A DNA stretch of 64,000 nt from the human T2T-CHM13v2.0 reference genome, Homo sapiens: the NCBI RefSeq assembly GCF_009914755.1, contig NC_060928.1. One strand, 5' to 3'. This document shows positions 58,387 to 64,000 of the stretch, in pieces. Within the stretch, counting starts at the first letter, position 1; every line of letters starts with the position of its first letter. A program made the position numbers and the translations under genes. The notes under the pieces are model-generated. The model searched no databases and had not been told where the DNA came from. It saw nothing but the letters and a program-made list of their open reading frames with translations.

Positions 58387-59052
58387 CTAATTTTCTCCTA
58401 ATTGCTTTATGACAATACAATTTATTTTGATCACTCCCACCCTGCGGTTTTACTTTGTAATGAAGGACTTTATGAATTTATGTGTATTATTATGCATCAG
58501 CCTAATTTTTCAATCTCTCTTCTTCCTCATAAATGGAAGAATAAAATTGGAGTAAGCCAAAAGAGCCATAGGGTGCCCATGCTTCCTATGTGGGAAAATA
58601 TCTGCACATGGAGTTTCCATTCTCCCAATCAGCCTCAGAGTGTGCACACTTGCCACACAGGCCTTTTTGGTGATCTCCACGTGGCTTCGTGACGTATATA
58701 CATATGCACACATTGTATATGAAGAGAGCAATCAGGCCAAGTTCATTTAAAGGTGCAGGGACCCCCTTGGTCTGTGATTTGTGCCTGATCTCCTCATACA
58801 CTGTATTTATCAGATTTTGAATTTGGATGAAGTGGAAGAGTTCATTGTTTTGAGAACAACCTGAATAAGTTCAGAATTGATTTTCAAAACAGCCTTTTCT
58901 TCCTATTGTAAATTCTACAGTGAAGGTTTCTAACGAGCCGTTCTGTAAGTCGAAACGTACTCTAGGTGTACTCAGTTCAGTTCAGCATGAATGTGTCATG
59001 CGTCTCTATTATTGACTGATTTCATTTCTATTATTGACTGATTTCGTTCTCG
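58387..59052 (-). pseudogene. Large pseudo-exon with two frameshifting tandem duplications
   Basis: Acceptor tttttatacatcttcaacag. After removing a 22-bp and a 5-bp duplication, one frame runs 146 codons (...HFIQIQNLINTVYEEIRHKSQ...) with two internal TGA. Candidate donor TAG|gtaatc at 58386. Confidence 0.6.
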
Positions 59053-59189
59053 CTGTTGAAGATGTATAAAAATTCACAGAAAGTGAAATATAATAATCTG
59101 GGGAACAGCATTGAACAGAATGCAGTCACACATCTCTATAATAGAAAACAGACAACAATCCACTGTTTTGTACACTGTTTTAATTATTT

Positions 59190-59870
59190 AGTAATAGCTA
59201 CCATTTCTTGAGTGTCTACTTTGTGGCAGATACTTTATATGCCTGACATTTTATTCAGTCTTTAAGTGGATTTAATAATAGTAAGATCAGCTTTATTCCC
59301 ATTTATGAATTGCGTTGACCAAAGTTCCACAGATGATATATGGCAGAGCTGGGGTTCATGACTAATACCCCAAAGCCCTGCTCTCACAAGTGTCTGCCTG
59401 GACTTTAAAGTACTTTCTCCTTCATCAGTTCATTTGATAGCTATAGCAACCCTGCGAAGGTGGCAGAGCAAAGCATCATGTTCTCCATTTTTCTAGATGA
59501 AGACTAGGGAAAAAATGATGTTTCAGTTCCCAATATTATAACAGATAGAGTCAGGCAAGCCAGGCTTCCTCACTCCTGATTCAGTGTTCTTTCAATAAAT
59601 ATAATTTTTATTAAAACCTACAATCAAAGTAGATAGTTTAGTGAAAAACTTATGGATAAGTCTGAGCACTTATACTTTCACAAGTCTTAGCTCAGCAACT
59701 AATGGATGATAGGAGGCCTTCTTCTTGTTCCTTGACTAGTTATTAGCTGTATGGCCTTACACAAGTGGCTTCACCTTTTTAGGCTTCCTCATCCTCATCT
59801 GTAGAATAATGTGATTGAACTAGATGGTCCCTGAGGTTTGCTCTAGACCTGGGGCCTGTGACTCTATGCC
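59190..59870. mobile_element. Cluster of MIR fragments
   Basis: Several MIR cores (tagctaccatttcttgagtgtctactttgt; ctccatttttctagatgaagact; ctgtatggccttacacaagt...cctcatctgtagaat). Confidence 0.55.
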
Positions 59871-60178
59871 CCATAAAAAGTGTGGTAGTATCACCATGAG
59901 CCAGGTGGCCTGGAGACAAAAACTCTATTTGTTTAGATTGTATCATTATGCAGAGAAAACAAAAGGGATAGTTTTATTTAAATTTACAGACAGAATGGAG
60001 CTTGGAACCATTGAGTCCATACCTGCAATACCTGCAATTATTTAGTGAATTTGGGCCATGTGGACAAAGAGCAGGTAATTCAGGTCCAGCTGAAGTTTAA
60101 TGCATAGATAAAATGAGATAGCAGGTGCCTTTTAGAAAACGAAACATGCTGCTTTAAGAGTCAAAAGATGATATTTAG

Positions 60179-60506
<328 letters not shown>

Positions 60507-60719
60507 AAAAGATGATATTTAGTTTTAATTTGAATGAGCAGAATAGTTGTTTCAACTCCCTGCTTTGTCCTATTTGCAATGCCACAACATTACACCAAGA
60601 ACTCCTACTCTGTTGATCATGTTAGAGTTTCGTACGTTTCTCACCAGCACTACAACAAAGCATACAAGAGGTACATAGATGAATATTATGGATTGCTTTC
60701 TCAGTTTAGCCACAATTAC

Positions 60720-61640
60720 AATAACTGCTAATTTTTATTGGGCACTTATATTCTAGCTGTTCCACTTGACTTGCTTCATCTAATACCTGCAACAATTCTG
60801 AGAAGTCAGTACTGTTATCAACTTTTTAATTAATCAAGTCACTAAAGCTTTAAACTTGAAATTTGGGGTAATCTTCTCATGATCACACAGGTCAGCAAAC
60901 TGTAAAACCAGAATTTGAACCCAGGAAGTGGGCCACCAAGCACGTGCCTGTAAGTGGAATACACGCTGTGTATCAGAGCCCTGAGGAAGAGCACGGGACA
61001 GGACGGGTGTGTGGTCCTGGACTCGGAGAGCTTGCTGAATGCCAGAGGGTTGGGGGAAAGACTGACTTGGGTCATTATAAGCAGGATGACTATGATGAAA
61101 GGGTAGTGTGGGAAGTTGTGTTTTAATTGGGGGAGAAAAAAGCAGTGAGGTGGAAAACGGAGAGAGATGTGAGGGAAAAAAACAAGAAAATACCCTGGTT
61201 GGCCCACAAGGTGGTGGGTGGGCGACTAATGGCTCTAGGATATAACTGCACCACCCTGAGGGCAGGCAGATCCCCTCAGAGCCCCTCCGGGGAGTCCCTG
61301 TGGAATCAATGAAATCCCTAATGATGACCCAGAGTGTGCAAGAAAAGTCTAAATTATATTTAATGAACAAAATAAAAAGAAGTGCCTGGCACATTTTAGG
61401 AAAATAATGGCAGTTGACATTTACTAAACCACCGCCAGGTGCCTGGTGTTGTTCTAAGCACTAGGCATGTGTTAACAGCCTTATGACCCAGGTAACATTA
61501 TAACCCTGAGGTGATATAGGAGAAACTGAAGCACAGAGACGTTACTCAGTGGAGCCTCCTCGCTGGTGAGCAACACTGATAGAGCTGGGATTTAAACCTA
61601 GGCAGTCTGGATCATAGCCTTCCCTGTTAACTATCACTCT
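60720..61640. mobile_element. MIR fragments (~60720-60925 minus, ~61400-61640 minus, short plus pieces between)
   Basis: ggagaaactgaagcacagagacgttac...gagctgggatttaaacctaggcagtctg. Confidence 0.6.
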
Positions 61641-61730
61641 CTGTAAAGTTTTCATTCAGAGGGATGTTTATAAAGCCCACAGAGTCAACTTTTCTGGATA
61701 ACTAAGCAATTCATTTTATTAATACAATAC

Positions 61731-61940
61731 TTTGATTTCATGGTTTTGAAATCCCATTTACAAAACCGTTGTTACACAACTGATGAAATTATCTTTGACT
61801 TCATTGAGCATATGCCTGTTCACAGATACCAATAAGGTCACTTCAACTTTCATCACATCAGTGTAGCCAGACTTAATAGAAGCAATTGCATGGTAATATT
61901 AGAGATATGTTGGTGTAAAAGCAATAAAGTCACATGATTG
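61731..61940 (-). pseudogene. Pseudo-exon, 210 nt
   Basis: catttcacttcttttcag|QSCDFIAFTPTYL*YYHAIASIKSGYTDVMKVEVTLLVSVNRHMLNEVKDNFISCVTTVL*MGFQNHEIK|gtattg. Confidence 0.5.
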
Positions 61941-63423
61941 CTGAAAAGAAGTGAAATGTCTATTTCCTGTGAAATACATGTCATTTAATCTATTTTTAGT
62001 TTTTATATCTGTGGTTGAAGAGCAGTGAAATACAATACCAAATACCACATTAAAACAAAACCATAACGACCAGTGTTTGGTTCCTAGAAGAAAGTAGTGC
62101 TGTTAACAGTCAGAAATGATAAATAATGCAAAGAAAAAGCCTTGAGATTCTCACCCTTCTAGTCATAGGCACAGATCTGAAGCAGTAAAATGGGCCCCCT
62201 GGATGGCCCAGTGAAGCTGTGGGATAATGAGACTGGCTTGTTGCCACAGCTGTGGGTTACCCCAGTCCCCAAACCCACAAGTCATCCCACAGCTACTATC
62301 CCTGCCTTGAGACAAACTTCAATTTCAGAAGGGCACAGAATCAAACAGAAAGCAATTCGTGTGACAGAACCTTGAAAAGAAACCAATAGCCAGGATCTAG
62401 ACTTTTTTGCAGAAAGCCAGGATTTCCTTATTTGCAGAGAGAAATAACAAGAACAATTAAAAGTTTCAAATCATGTACAATTACTTTCAAGTTGGGGTTG
62501 GTGAAACATAAATAAATTTCATATCAGAGCTTTAGCCCAAGTCCGGTGCTGTTTGTTTGTTTTAGGGAACACTGCTTTCATCTTTGTGGAGGATGTCATA
62601 AAAGCACATTTCAAAAAATTACCATTGGCACCCAGTTTCCTATTTGATTACATTTTGGCACATAGCCCTGCCAGTCATATAGAGCCCCTATCTCAGTCCC
62701 TCTGATTGAAAGATAATCAGATGTACCACCTACCTTTCACCACCCCCACCCCCTATGCTGGAGCAATCTTCAATTGCGGAAGCCACAAGAAATAACTGAA
62801 ATTATTTCAGAAAGTTGGTACTTTCCATTTTAGTTTACTTCAAGCATATTCATCAGGCCCCCTTGGAATAGTGACATTAAGAGCGCTAGGAGTTAGAAGC
62901 ACCAGATACCAATTACAAGCTGAGAACTAAATGCCATAATTAACGAGACATATACTTTAATCTAAAATAAGTCAAAAATGTTGCTGGATAAAGCAAAAAG
63001 TAAAATAAAACTCCAAAATTATACTAAATTGGTATACAATGGATAGGTTTCCCACCTATCAAACAAGAAAGGTGGTTATGTCTTTGAGATACTGTAGTCA
63101 AGTGTTTTATAATTAACATTTAACTCTGAATAAAGATCTCACATTAACAAACATACAAGTCAATTGCACACTTGAACCTCAGAGACTGATGCACATCAGT
63201 GGCACCCACCCGACACCAATTTCAAATCAATTCTTAAAAACAAGGTTATGCATCTTTTTCATAATCACCATACTGATACAATGAGTCATGCATATTTTTC
63301 TCATATACAGATTCTTAGTTTCCTTTTTTCTTTGCAGATGAGTTGATGGCTTCCCATCTGGCTAATTCCCCTATTAGCTGGACCAGCAGGACCCCACCTG
63401 GTCCTCAACCTAATGTGTTTTAC

Positions 63424-63680
63424 CTCTCTGCCAGATTTTGAATACTACATAGAATACAGGACCACACAAGGGTTATGCCTGGGAGCAGAGTGAACCGGAA
63501 GGGGCTGTGGGAGGCAGGTTCTGTAGTAAAAAGAGGGTGACATGTAGAAAAATACATGCTGTTTGGTGCTTTTCCTGGATATCTATTAATTTCAATAAAT
63601 TTCTTTTTGGAAATCAATACTGTTAATATATGCATTGACTTTTCATTGAGGGCAATGCTTATGTCCTCTTTAGCAGACTT
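63424..63680 (-). pseudogene. Pseudo-exon, 257 nt, open
   Basis: gtttacatgtattctag|KSAKEDISIALNEKSMHILTVLISKKKFIEINRYPGK...ILCSIQNLAE AG|gtaaaa. Confidence 0.5.
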
Positions 63681-64000
63681 CTAGAATACATGTAAACAAC
63701 ATTGCAACACTAATAGACTTGAGGGTTTGTTTTTCTGTCTTAGCAAAGATTGGTGGGTACATTAGGGGAAGATAAAGGGAAAGAGAGAGAGAGAGAAAGA
63801 GAAAGGGAGCAATAAACAGAAAGAGAAAGAAGCAAGAAACATGGAACCATTCTCTGTTAATTTTGAAAGCTTCTACCAGGATCAGGGCAATATGAAAAGA
63901 GGAAAATAGACAGATAGATGAAGGGCATTGTAATCATAAAATGAATGTATCAAGGTTAAAGTATTTTTCTAATCCCAGGCTGCAGGAGGAAAGCTACTGC

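Noticed and set aside
62623-62701. Small open minus block GTEIGALYDWQGYVPKCNQIGNWVPM|gtaatt
   Set aside because: Phase-compatible with its neighbours, but short with a modest acceptor and could easily be chance.

Overview
Primate (most likely human) genomic DNA, AT-rich and about half interspersed repeats. These include a full-length ~6.17 kb L1PA4-type LINE-1 (14300-20466, minus, 17-bp TSD), two short L1PA 3' ends, several old L1M pieces, about 19 Alu elements, MaLR/ERVL/ERV1 solo LTRs, DNA-transposon MITEs (MADE1, Tigger4b, Charlie1, MER5, MER58, MER102) and MIR/L2/L3 relics. I see no intact protein-coding gene, RNA gene or CRISPR. The main signal not explained by repeats lies in the unique sequence. 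From about 63680 down to at least 21234, the minus strand carries some 20 exon-like blocks with polypyrimidine-AG acceptors, GT donors and protein-like frames that are open or broken by isolated stops and small duplications. I read this as a decayed, intron-containing (unitary) pseudogene of a very large protein. The translated blocks resemble the helical repeats of the sperm protein FSIP2, but this is by-eye resemblance and needs a homology search. Repeat subfamily calls come from remembered consensus diagnostics, and old-repeat boundaries are approximate.
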